In this document: positions 1 through 5,778 of the stretch, piece by piece
Position numbering within the stretch: the first letter of the stretch is position 1
Layout of the letters: each line of letters opens with the position of its first letter
Virus record (IMG/VR): IMGVR_UViG_3300005512_000203
Location: 1 to 31,382 of that record
Source: a virus
Lineage: Duplodnaviria; Caudoviricetes
Direction: 5' to 3' (one strand)
DNA: 31,382 bases
Notes under the pieces: generated by a model
What the model was told of the DNA's origin: nothing
The model's input: only the letters and a program-made list of their open reading frames with translations
The model's database searches: none
Position numbers and translations under genes: made by a program

Positions 1-163
1 TACCAATCTGCCCGTCCATCATACAGCGAACGAACTTATCCCAAGGGGTCTCAATTCCTGCCTCTCTATAGATGACACATGCCTTAGCAGTGTTGTAGAG
101 AAACTCATCATTCTGAATCCAGAGAGATGCATTCCAGGTTTCGTAGTTTGCCCAACCGTTCAT
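1..163 (-). CDS. Conserved phage hypothetical protein (NGWANYETW family), 3' end outside window
   Basis: Manual translation from ATG at 163: MNGWANYETWNASLWIQNDEFLYNTAKAC..., open to the window edge; A/C-rich leader upstream. Confidence 0.8.
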   Translation of the reverse strand, partial: MNGWANYETWNASLWIQNDEFLYNTAKACVIYREAGIETPWDKFVRCMMDGQIG

Positions 164-207
164 GATGTTTGTGTGTGTTTGTTTGTTGTGTGTATTGTAG
201 ACCCTGC

Positions 208-405
208 TCAGCGGCAGTAGCGGTCCCAGGAGTCAGTTCCCCAACCGTCACGCATGGCACGACGGCGATCATAATCCTCAGCGGTGAAGTGATCATCGAA
301 GTCACCATCGAAGTCCATGGGTTGCCCTGCTCTGCCTGTCAGGTTGGCAAAGGTGAGGGACTGTGCCATGGGGAAATCGGATGGTTTCATTGCTTTGTTG
401 TTCAT
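208..405 (-). CDS. Small acidic early hypothetical protein (alternative start 390)
   Basis: ORF 208..531 trimmed to the ATG 6 nt downstream of -10 box TATACT (412-417). Confidence 0.7.
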   Translation of the reverse strand: MNNKAMKPSDFPMAQSLTFANLTGRAGQPMDFDGDFDDHFTAEDYDRRRAMRDGWGTDSWDRYCR

Positions 406-411
406 GTCCTT

Positions 412-467
412 AGTATAGGGTGTCTGGGGGGCAATGGGGGAAATGGTGGACGGTTCAGCGATTGACC
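412..467 (-). promoter_or_regulatory. Early-type composite promoter 1
   Basis: -10 TATACT 412-417; degenerate palindrome ggacgg-ttcagcga-ttgacc 448-467. Confidence 0.65.
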
Positions 468-676
468 CCAAACACCAGATCAGCGATGGCGTTGGTGTTC
501 TCATCAGCACGACACCAGCGGATGGGGTCACCAGCAGGGGGGCACATCCAGATCATACAGGGCTCGCCCCATTGCTTAGCGATGGCGTAAGCGTGGTTCA
601 TGTCGGTCGCCCAGTCGCACCCGTGAGGATCGAACTTGCCCCATGCTGTGGGTTGGACTGCGATGGCGTGGGTCAT
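455..676 (-). CDS. Small hypothetical protein, 73 aa, Trp/Cys-rich
   Basis: ORF track; own promoter; stop lies inside the downstream palindrome. Confidence 0.8.
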   Translation of the reverse strand: MTHAIAVQPTAWGKFDPHGCDWATDMNHAYAIAKQWGEPCMIWMCPPAGDPIRWCRADENTNAIADLVFGVNR

Positions 677-697
677 GCGTTTCGTTTGATTGATCCA

Positions 698-755
698 ATC
701 ATACCAGCAATGAGGCGACCTAGCGCCACATAGGTGGACAGTCTGGCATCTGTCC
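698..755 (-). promoter_or_regulatory. Early-type composite promoter 2
   Basis: -10 TATGAT 698-703; palindrome ggacag-tctggcat-ctgtcc 736-755. Confidence 0.75.
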
Positions 756-829
756 CAATGGTGGGCAGATAAGGCATGGAATAGTGAGACAATGGAAGAA
801 GCCGCGATTAGTACAGATGAACGTGTTAA

Positions 830-1015
830 TTAATCGAGCAAATGTGGATAGTATTCTTCTGCCTCAGCAATCAATTCATCAACTGAATACTTATCATAAT
901 CCTCACTCATGCTATCATAAAGAATTGCCATCATTGTTTTGGTGTCCATGTCATCCAGGATTTGCTGGATCATGTTATCTTGAAGTTGATCGCGGTCGAT
1001 GATTTTGTCAGTCAT
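830..1015 (-). CDS. Small acidic hypothetical protein, 61 aa
   Basis: ORF track; D/E-rich; co-oriented behind 1049..1402. Confidence 0.8.
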   Translation of the reverse strand: MTDKIIDRDQLQDNMIQQILDDMDTKTMMAILYDSMSEDYDKYSVDELIAEAEEYYPHLLD

Positions 1016-1048
1016 GATTGTGTGATGATGGTGTTAAGAAAGACTCGC

Positions 1049-1402
1049 TCATGCGAGCAGGTCAGCATTAGTGAGAGAACCCAATCGCATTCCAGAGCGA
1101 AACTCAGTCACAAAGAATTCAGTGCCATTGTAGAGACGAATGAACCACTGATAGTTCTTCTGAAATACACCCTCACCAGCGATTCCATGCTCAGTAAGAA
1201 TAGCATTGATGCGAGACTTAGTGGTGTTAGATTGCCATCCACCATCATACAATTTGATGCCATTGTCATCAACTTCGGCAATCAGATTGCCATGGAGACG
1301 CACATAAGAAACACCGTCAATTGTCTCGACAGAAGTGTTAGCAGAACACCAGTTCTTGTTGTTAGAAATGGCGTTGTTCATTTGCTGTTCGATCTTACGC
1401 AT
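1049..1402 (-). CDS. Conserved cyanophage hypothetical protein (MRKIE...LHGNLIA...TTKSRINA), 117 aa
   Basis: ORF track; promoter and AAACAAAC leader upstream; a second, truncated allele starts at 2785. Confidence 0.85.
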   Translation of the reverse strand: MRKIEQQMNNAISNNKNWCSANTSVETIDGVSYVRLHGNLIAEVDDNGIKLYDGGWQSNTTKSRINAILTEHGIAGEGVFQKNYQWFIRLYNGTEFFVTEFRSGMRLGSLTNADLLA

Positions 1403-1434
1403 GAGAATGAAAGCGGTTTGTTTGAACTGAAGTC

Positions 1435-1493
1435 ATTATAGGCACAGGGTCAGACCGTTTGGGGTCGATGCTGTGCCACTTTGCTCACTGGTC
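1435..1493 (-). promoter_or_regulatory. Early-type composite promoter 3
   Basis: -10 TATAAT 1435-1440; palindrome tgccac-tttgctca-ctggtc 1474-1493. Confidence 0.75.
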
Positions 1494-1670
1494 AGCGAAC
1501 ATGCCGAAATGGGCGTCAACCACAAAGTCGATCACGTCATCCGTTGCGCTAACGTTGAAACGATCGCAGAACCAGTCAACCGCCAGGTCAGCGGGTGCCA
1601 TGGTATCGAACAGGAAGTCCTGCAGGTCTTGCAGGGTCTGAGGAGAGGAGAGGAGAGTTTTTGTTTTCAT
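1485..1670 (-). CDS. Small acidic hypothetical protein, 61 aa (MKTKTLLSSPQ...), probably leaderless
   Basis: ATG 6 nt after -10 CATACT; identical protein at 2868..3053 with synonymous differences. Confidence 0.85.
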   Translation of the reverse strand: MKTKTLLSSPQTLQDLQDFLFDTMAPADLAVDWFCDRFNVSATDDVIDFVVDAHFGMFADQ

Positions 1671-1676
1671 GAGACT

Positions 1677-1733
1677 AGTATGGCAGCAGATGGGGTGCTT
1701 TGGGGGGAATGGTGGACACTGCCCCGACTGGCA
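1677..1733 (-). promoter_or_regulatory. Early-type composite promoter 4
   Basis: -10 CATACT 1677-1682; palindrome ggacac-tgccccga-ctggca 1714-1733. Confidence 0.75.
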
Positions 1734-1737
1734 CACA

Positions 1738-1968
1738 TCAGGCAAGAATGTGACGATAGTTGAAGTGTGAAACTAACCAACCAGTTTCTGATGTAATCTC
1801 TTCACAGATTTGATACTCAAACTCTTCTGTGTCATTTGGGTCACAATCAATCTCAAAGATGCGACCTTCAATGTCACTTTCTAGCATCGCCACCTGATAA
1901 AGGGTGAGACTATCAAATCCCTCATCTGTGGAGTCAAAAGTAACATCAAAAACTTGAATAGTAGGCAT
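1738..1968 (-). CDS. Small acidic hypothetical protein, 76 aa (MPTIQVFDV...)
   Basis: ORF track; allele at 3653..3886. Confidence 0.85.
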   Translation of the reverse strand: MPTIQVFDVTFDSTDEGFDSLTLYQVAMLESDIEGRIFEIDCDPNDTEEFEYQICEEITSETGWLVSHFNYRHILA

Positions 1969-1998
1969 CAGTTCATGTCAATTTGTTTGATCAAATGT

Positions 1999-2055
1999 AG
2001 TATGGGTCAAATCAGGGCAAAAGTCAACCCCCTGTGGACACTGCCCTAACTGGCA
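1999..2055 (-). promoter_or_regulatory. Early-type composite promoter 5
   Basis: TTGACT(2022-2027)-17bp-CATACT(1999-2004); palindrome ggacac-tgccctaa-ctggca 2036-2055. Confidence 0.8.
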
Positions 2056-2198
2056 CAATTTCTCTTTGCTTTCAGTCGCTGAAGTGGTGTAAGATCATCA
2101 ACAACGTCAACCTTACATCTGAACTGAGGTGTAACAATCATGCCTGTAGATTTCAACTCTTTTGCTTTAGTTTGTTGAGCAATCAATGCGTAGTTCAT
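2046..2198 (-). CDS. Small basic hypothetical protein, 50 aa
   Basis: Manual translation MNYALIAQQTKAKELKSTG...KRNCAS; TAATG coupling to the upstream gene; stop in palindrome spacer. Confidence 0.7.
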   Translation of the reverse strand: MNYALIAQQTKAKELKSTGMIVTPQFRCKVDVVDDLTPLQRLKAKRNCAS

Positions 2199-2407
2199 TA
2201 GTTAACTTCAGCGAGCAACAGTTTGTGACAACGATCTGCCTCTACCAATGTATCATCATCTAGTTCATCCCATTCAACATCAGCATAGGCACCACGGTTT
2301 GTTTCATAACTACCGTCAGAATACAGCGGGTGATACATCAAAACTCGCTGATGATTGCCATCCAAAGTGTATGTACAACCGTTGACCTTTGAGATGAGAA
2401 AAACCAT
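2198..2407 (-). CDS. Small hypothetical protein, 69 aa (MVFLISKVNG...)
   Basis: ORF 2198..2437 trimmed to the ATG downstream of promoter 6. Confidence 0.8.
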   Translation of the reverse strand: MVFLISKVNGCTYTLDGNHQRVLMYHPLYSDGSYETNRGAYADVEWDELDDDTLVEADRCHKLLLAEVN

Positions 2408-2408
2408 G

Positions 2409-2446
2409 AAAAAATCCCGAACATGTATACAATACACGATCGGGAT
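2409..2446 (-). terminator. Intrinsic terminator hairpin containing the -10 box of promoter 6
   Basis: Minus strand ATCCCGA-T-CGTGTAT-TGT-ATACATG-T-TCGGGAT followed by TTTTT. Confidence 0.7.
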
Positions 2447-2484
2447 GGAAAATCAACAGATAGTGGACAGTTTAATAAGTGTCC
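2429..2484 (-). promoter_or_regulatory. Early-type composite promoter 6
   Basis: -10 TATTGT 2429-2434; TTGATT 2451-2456; palindrome ggacag-tttaataa-gtgtcc 2465-2484. Confidence 0.75.
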
Positions 2485-2630
2485 TCAAAGTAGTCGGATT
2501 TGTCTTTAAACTTTGCTACCTTCTTTTTGGACTGTCTACGAATATTCTTTACTTGATAACCAAAGTCTTCAAAATCATCATCCAATTGTTGATACTTTTG
2601 GTTGTCGGACTGCTTGTAACGCTTACCCAT
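2472..2630 (-). CDS. Small charged hypothetical protein, 52 aa (MGKRYKQSDNQK...)
   Basis: Manual translation; near-identical ORF at 4629..4787 with the frame preserved. Confidence 0.75.
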   Translation of the reverse strand: MGKRYKQSDNQKYQQLDDDFEDFGYQVKNIRRQSKKKVAKFKDKSDYFEDTY

Positions 2631-2785
2631 TGTAATTGTAAAGTATTATCAACTTCGGCAATCAAATTACCATGGAGACGCACATAAGAAACACCGTCGA
2701 TTGTCTCGACAGAAGTGTTATCTTTGTGCCAATACTCATTGTTGTTGCTGATAGCGACGTTCATGAGTCGTTCGATCTTACGCAT
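2549..2785 (-). pseudogene. Truncated allele of the MRKIE gene, broken at the duplication junction (~2648)
   Basis: First ~46 aa homologous to 1049..1402, then reads out of frame into the MGKRY block. Confidence 0.8.
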
Positions 2786-2817
2786 GAGAATGAAAGCGGT
2801 TTGTTTGAACTGAAGTC

Positions 2818-2876
2818 ATTATAGGCACAGGGTCAGACCGTTTGGGGTCGATGCTGTGCCACTTTGGTCACTGGTC
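2818..2876 (-). promoter_or_regulatory. Early-type composite promoter 7 (allele of 3)
   Basis: TATAAT 2818-2823; tgccac-tttggtca-ctggtc 2857-2876. Confidence 0.75.
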
Positions 2877-3053
2877 AGCGAACATGCCGAAGTGGGCATC
2901 AACCACAAAGTCGATCACGTCATCCGTTGCGCTAACGTTGAAACGATCGCAGAACCAGTCAACCGCCAGGTCAGCGGGTGCCATGGTATCGAACAGGAAG
3001 TCCTGCAGGTCTTGCAGGGTCTGAGGAGAGGAGAGAAGGGTTTTTGTTTTCAT
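2868..3053 (-). CDS. Second copy of the MKTKTLL protein, 61 aa
   Basis: Same amino-acid sequence as 1485..1670. Confidence 0.85.
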   Translation of the reverse strand: MKTKTLLSSPQTLQDLQDFLFDTMAPADLAVDWFCDRFNVSATDDVIDFVVDAHFGMFADQ

Positions 3054-3059
3054 GAGACT

Positions 3060-3116
3060 AGTATGGCAGCAGATGGGGTGCTTTGGGGCAAATGGTGGAC
3101 ACTGCCCCAACTGTCC
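3060..3116 (-). promoter_or_regulatory. Early-type composite promoter 8 (allele of 4)
   Basis: CATACT 3060-3065; ggacac-tgccccaa-ctgtcc 3097-3116. Confidence 0.75.
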
Positions 3117-3551
3117 TCAATGGTCACGGAAGATGTGGCAAGGGCGATACGTGCTATCATCGCGGCAGGCAGTGAAATCGTAACGTAGATTCTGCTCGTA
3201 AGTTGCCTCCCAATCAATCACCAAACCATCGGGCACATCCATCAATTGATTGTAGAAATCTTCAGCAAACTCTGCCTCATCATGGTAATGTCCCTGATAA
3301 CGCTCATCACAATCCTCAACGTAACAAACGTCACCCATTTCTTCAATCAAGGCATCAACTGCCTCGTATCCGATTATTTCACCACAGCGAACATATTCTT
3401 CATAATGAGCAACAAAATCATCCTCATTGTGTTCATCAATGAAAGTACACATTGCCTGAAGATCATGATTTTCTTCGAGCAACTCATCAATCTTCTCAAC
3501 AGTAACAGCGTTGAAAACTTGCTGATAGTTTGCAGTCAAAGTGATGGACAT
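3117..3551 (-). CDS. ardA: ArdA-like antirestriction protein (acidic DNA mimic), 144 aa
   Basis: Very acidic; segment YQGHYHDEAEFAEDFY...VPDGLVIDWEATY resembles the ArdA YxGxyxxxxdFA...P....iDyEa pattern. Confidence 0.6.
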   Translation of the reverse strand: MSITLTANYQQVFNAVTVEKIDELLEENHDLQAMCTFIDEHNEDDFVAHYEEYVRCGEIIGYEAVDALIEEMGDVCYVEDCDERYQGHYHDEAEFAEDFYNQLMDVPDGLVIDWEATYEQNLRYDFTACRDDSTYRPCHIFRDH

Positions 3552-3572
3552 GTGTTTGTTTGAACTGAAATA

Positions 3573-3629
3573 ACAATACAGGAAATGGGGCACAGATCAA
3601 CCGATGCTGTGCCACCTTGCCAACTGGTC
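3573..3629 (-). promoter_or_regulatory. Early-type composite promoter 9
   Basis: TATTGT 3573-3578; TTGATC 3595-3600; tgccac-cttgccaa-ctggtc 3610-3629. Confidence 0.75.
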
Positions 3630-3652
3630 GGGCGGCTGACCAGTTTGTGACA

Positions 3653-3886
3653 TTAATCTCTCAAAATGTGACGATAGTTAAAGTGTGAAACTAACCAACC
3701 AGTTTCAGAACTAATCTCTTCACAGATTTGATACTCAAACTCTTCTGTGTCATTTGGGTCACAATCAATCTCAAAGATTTGACCCTCAATTTCTTCTTCA
3801 AGGGTGGCAATTTCTTCAAAGGAAAGTTGTTCGAAACCATCATCTGTGGAGTCAAACGTAACATCGAAAACTTGAATAGTAGGCAT
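3653..3886 (-). CDS. Second allele of the MPTIQ acidic protein, 77 aa
   Basis: ORF track; homologous to 1738..1968. Confidence 0.85.
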   Translation of the reverse strand: MPTIQVFDVTFDSTDDGFEQLSFEEIATLEEEIEGQIFEIDCDPNDTEEFEYQICEEISSETGWLVSHFNYRHILRD

Positions 3887-3913
3887 CAGTTAGTGTGGAT
3901 GAGTTTGTGTTAC

Positions 3914-4108
3914 TTAGGCAGACAACTGATACATTACATCAGTCTCGATCTGTTTGAGAGTATCACCCGACCACATGTGAGGGATGGGTTCATCATTCTC
4001 ATCATACAGTTCGCTCACCCAGAAGTCGTGAATCATCTGGTTAGTGTTACCTAAGGTCTCCAGACCTTGATAGATAGCGGTGACAATCTCAGAGTCGTAA
4101 ATCATCAT
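3914..4108 (-). CDS. Small acidic hypothetical protein, 64 aa
   Basis: ORF track; directly downstream of promoter 10. Confidence 0.8.
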   Translation of the reverse strand: MMIYDSEIVTAIYQGLETLGNTNQMIHDFWVSELYDENDEPIPHMWSGDTLKQIETDVMYQLSA

Positions 4109-4127
4109 GAATTGCGCTGACAGATGT

Positions 4128-4184
4128 AGTATGGCAGCAGATGGGGATCAATGGGGAGAATGGTGGACACCTCTCAGACTGTCA
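4128..4184 (-). promoter_or_regulatory. Early-type composite promoter 10
   Basis: CATACT 4128-4133; ggacac-ctctcaga-ctgtca 4165-4184. Confidence 0.75.
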
Positions 4185-4186
4185 CA

Positions 4187-4360
4187 TCAATAGTGATCAT
4201 AAACTGCAGCATGTTTGGTAGAGTTGATGTTGCCCAACTCCAACATGAAGTCAACATAATCTCTCCAAAGTTCAGAGATTTCTTGATAGTCTGTTTTGAA
4301 ACAATATCCTTCGATATCCATCAGATGACGAAATCGTTGGGCAAGATCTTTGCGAGACAT
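4187..4360 (-). CDS. Small hypothetical protein, 57 aa (MSRKDLAQRFRH...)
   Basis: Manual translation; stop 2 nt before the palindrome. Confidence 0.7.
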   Translation of the reverse strand: MSRKDLAQRFRHLMDIEGYCFKTDYQEISELWRDYVDFMLELGNINSTKHAAVYDHY

Positions 4361-4397
4361 GATGAGTTGTTGTTAGTTAGAGGGGAATGAGTTAGTG

Positions 4398-4559
4398 TCA
4401 GTCAGTGCCAAACATTTCTTTATACAAATCGAGATCCTGGTTCTTATACTTTTCATTGGTCAACCAGATCTCTTGCTCAATCCAGGCAACTTCGTTTCGT
4501 GCCTTAAGCAAACGCTCACGCAGTTCGTATAACTTTTGGTTGCGCTCAGTGATAGTCAA
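4398..4559 (-). CDS. Small coiled-coil-like hypothetical protein, 53 aa, TTG start
   Basis: Manual translation MTITERNQKLYELRERLLKARNEVAWIEQEIW...; downstream of promoter 11. Confidence 0.7.
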   Translation of the reverse strand: MTITERNQKLYELRERLLKARNEVAWIEQEIWLTNEKYKNQDLDLYKEMFGTD

Positions 4560-4563
4560 AATG

Positions 4564-4604
4564 AAAAAATCCCGTCAACATGTATACAATACACGCTAAC
4601 GGGA
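4564..4604 (-). terminator. Intrinsic terminator hairpin containing the -10 box of promoter 11
   Basis: Minus strand TCCCGTTAGCGTGTAT-TGT-ATACATGTTGACGGGA (16 bp including G-U pairs) followed by TTTTTT. Confidence 0.75.
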
Positions 4605-4641
4605 CAAATTGGAGATTAAGTGGACAGTTCAATAAGTGTCC
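4586..4641 (-). promoter_or_regulatory. Early-type composite promoter 11 (allele of 6)
   Basis: TATTGT 4586-4591; ggacag-ttcaataa-gtgtcc 4622-4641. Confidence 0.75.
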
Positions 4642-4787
4642 TCAAAGTAGTCGGATTTGTCTTTAAACTTTGCTACCTTCTTTTTTGACTGTCTACGAAT
4701 ATTCTTTACTTGATAACCAAAGTCTTCAAAATCATCATCGAATTGTTGATACTTTTGGTTGTCGGACTGATTGTAACGCTTACCCAT
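4629..4787 (-). CDS. Second allele of the MGKRY protein, 52 aa
   Basis: Manual translation MGKRYNQSDNQKYQQFDDDFEDFGY...EDTY. Confidence 0.75.
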   Translation of the reverse strand: MGKRYNQSDNQKYQQFDDDFEDFGYQVKNIRRQSKKKVAKFKDKSDYFEDTY

Positions 4788-4821
4788 TGTAATTGTAAAG
4801 TATTAGTAATACAAAGCAATA

Positions 4822-5067
4822 TTATTTAGATTCAATTAAGAATCCTTCTTTGATTTGATTGTGAAGGAATTTACCTACACTACCACCAGTCTTCAATTCA
4901 ATGCTAATGAGTTCTTTACACAATTCTTCTTGGAATTGTTCTACATTTTCACAAGTAAATGTATATTCTTTGTCTTTCTTACTATTATACACGATTTTAA
5001 CAGTATTTTCGACAATTTCTACACTATTAACAGCTGTAGAGATCAAATTGTCGTACATTTTAGACAT
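4822..5067 (-). CDS. KTSC-like small nucleic-acid-binding protein, 81 aa
   Basis: STAVNSVEI...VKIVYNS...EYTF...GSVGKFLHNQIK follows the KTSC pattern (SSxIxxv...L.V.F...Y.Y...S.G.ff...Ik). Confidence 0.55.
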   Translation of the reverse strand: MSKMYDNLISTAVNSVEIVENTVKIVYNSKKDKEYTFTCENVEQFQEELCKELISIELKTGGSVGKFLHNQIKEGFLIESK

Positions 5068-5095
5068 TTTGTGTTTTTTTGTTAAAGTTTAAAGT

Positions 5096-5221
5096 TTAAA
5101 AATCCGAAAAAGTCAAAAAACTAAGAAATTTAAAAATCTCAGTTTTTGAAAATCTTAAAAAAGTCAGTTTTTTGACTTTTTCGGATTCTGAGAAAGCGGC
5201 AGGAATGCCCCTTTGCCTCAT
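5096..5221 (-). ncRNA. Putative structured leader RNA or sRNA with a 22-bp perfect stem
   Basis: Perfect inverted repeat 5101-5122 / 5166-5187, downstream of promoter 12. Confidence 0.45.
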
Positions 5222-5227
5222 GACAGT

Positions 5228-5283
5228 ATTATAGGGTATCTGGGAGTGCTTTGGAGGTGTTGTGGACGGTTTCAGAGGTGTCA
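5228..5283 (-). promoter_or_regulatory. Early-type composite promoter 12
   Basis: TATAAT 5228-5233; ggacgg-tttcagag-gtgtca 5264-5283. Confidence 0.75.
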
Positions 5284-5366
5284 CAGAGGCACTTGACGTT
5301 CGTTAGGTTGCGTGCTAAGCCAACATCTCCACCGCACCTTACCCCTATTTTATTAACCATTTATTA

Positions 5367-5454
5367 TTATTGATTCTCAATAGTCTCCACCTTATTGAGA
5401 ACCATTGGTATGACTAGCGCGGAGCACCTTGAAAACCTTATTGATTCTCAATAG
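5367..5454. repeat. 17-bp direct repeat TTATTGATTCTCAATAG x2 plus an inverted partial copy
   Basis: 5367-5383 and 5438-5454 are identical, each a TATTGA-N3-TCAATA palindrome; TTATTGAGAA at 5392-5401. Confidence 0.8.
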
Positions 5455-5602
5455 CATGATGCTTTGTCACTGCTATTACTTTTTGTTCTGGGTGTAAATG
5501 TTTTACAACTTCAGAAGCATCTTCATAGTCTATTGCATCTACTACAGTATGGTATCTTACACACTTATGTTGATCATCCCATGTTTGTACTGAGTATGTC
5601 AT
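5438..5602 (-). CDS. Small hypothetical protein, 54 aa
   Basis: ORF 5438..5644 trimmed to the ATGA-coupled start. Confidence 0.75.
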   Translation of the reverse strand: MTYSVQTWDDQHKCVRYHTVVDAIDYEDASEVVKHLHPEQKVIAVTKHHAIENQ

Positions 5603-5778
5603 TGTTCTAGGCATACTGATGTTGTCATTGATGTAAGTTGACAAGCAAAGATTTGTTTGTTTGTTAGGTTATCAAATCGATGACCAATGTACAGTAGATT
5701 AAGGGTCATGATCAGTATATTACCCATGAGTAGGATAGGACCTGCTCTTTCTTTTACTCGTTGTAGGTATTGTTTCAT
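5599..5778 (-). CDS. Small membrane protein, 59 aa
   Basis: Manual translation MKQYLQRVKERAGPILLMGNILIMTLNLLYIG...; ATGA overlaps at both ends. Confidence 0.7.
   Translation of the reverse strand: MKQYLQRVKERAGPILLMGNILIMTLNLLYIGHRFDNLTNKQIFACQLTSMTTSVCLEQ

Larger units (their letters stand above)
1267..4805. repeat. Tandem mosaic duplication: allele 1 about 1267-2648, allele 2 about 2648-4805
   Basis: Shared blocks in the same order: 1267-1731 vs 2647-3114; 1746-1973 vs 3666-3891; 2406-2648 vs 4561-4805; different genes lie between the blocks. Confidence 0.9.

Noticed and set aside
448-5283. CRISPR array or integron attC array
   Set aside because: Repeats are degenerate, separated by whole genes and at fixed distance from -10 boxes; no cas or intI gene and no GTTRRRY/RYYYAAC structure
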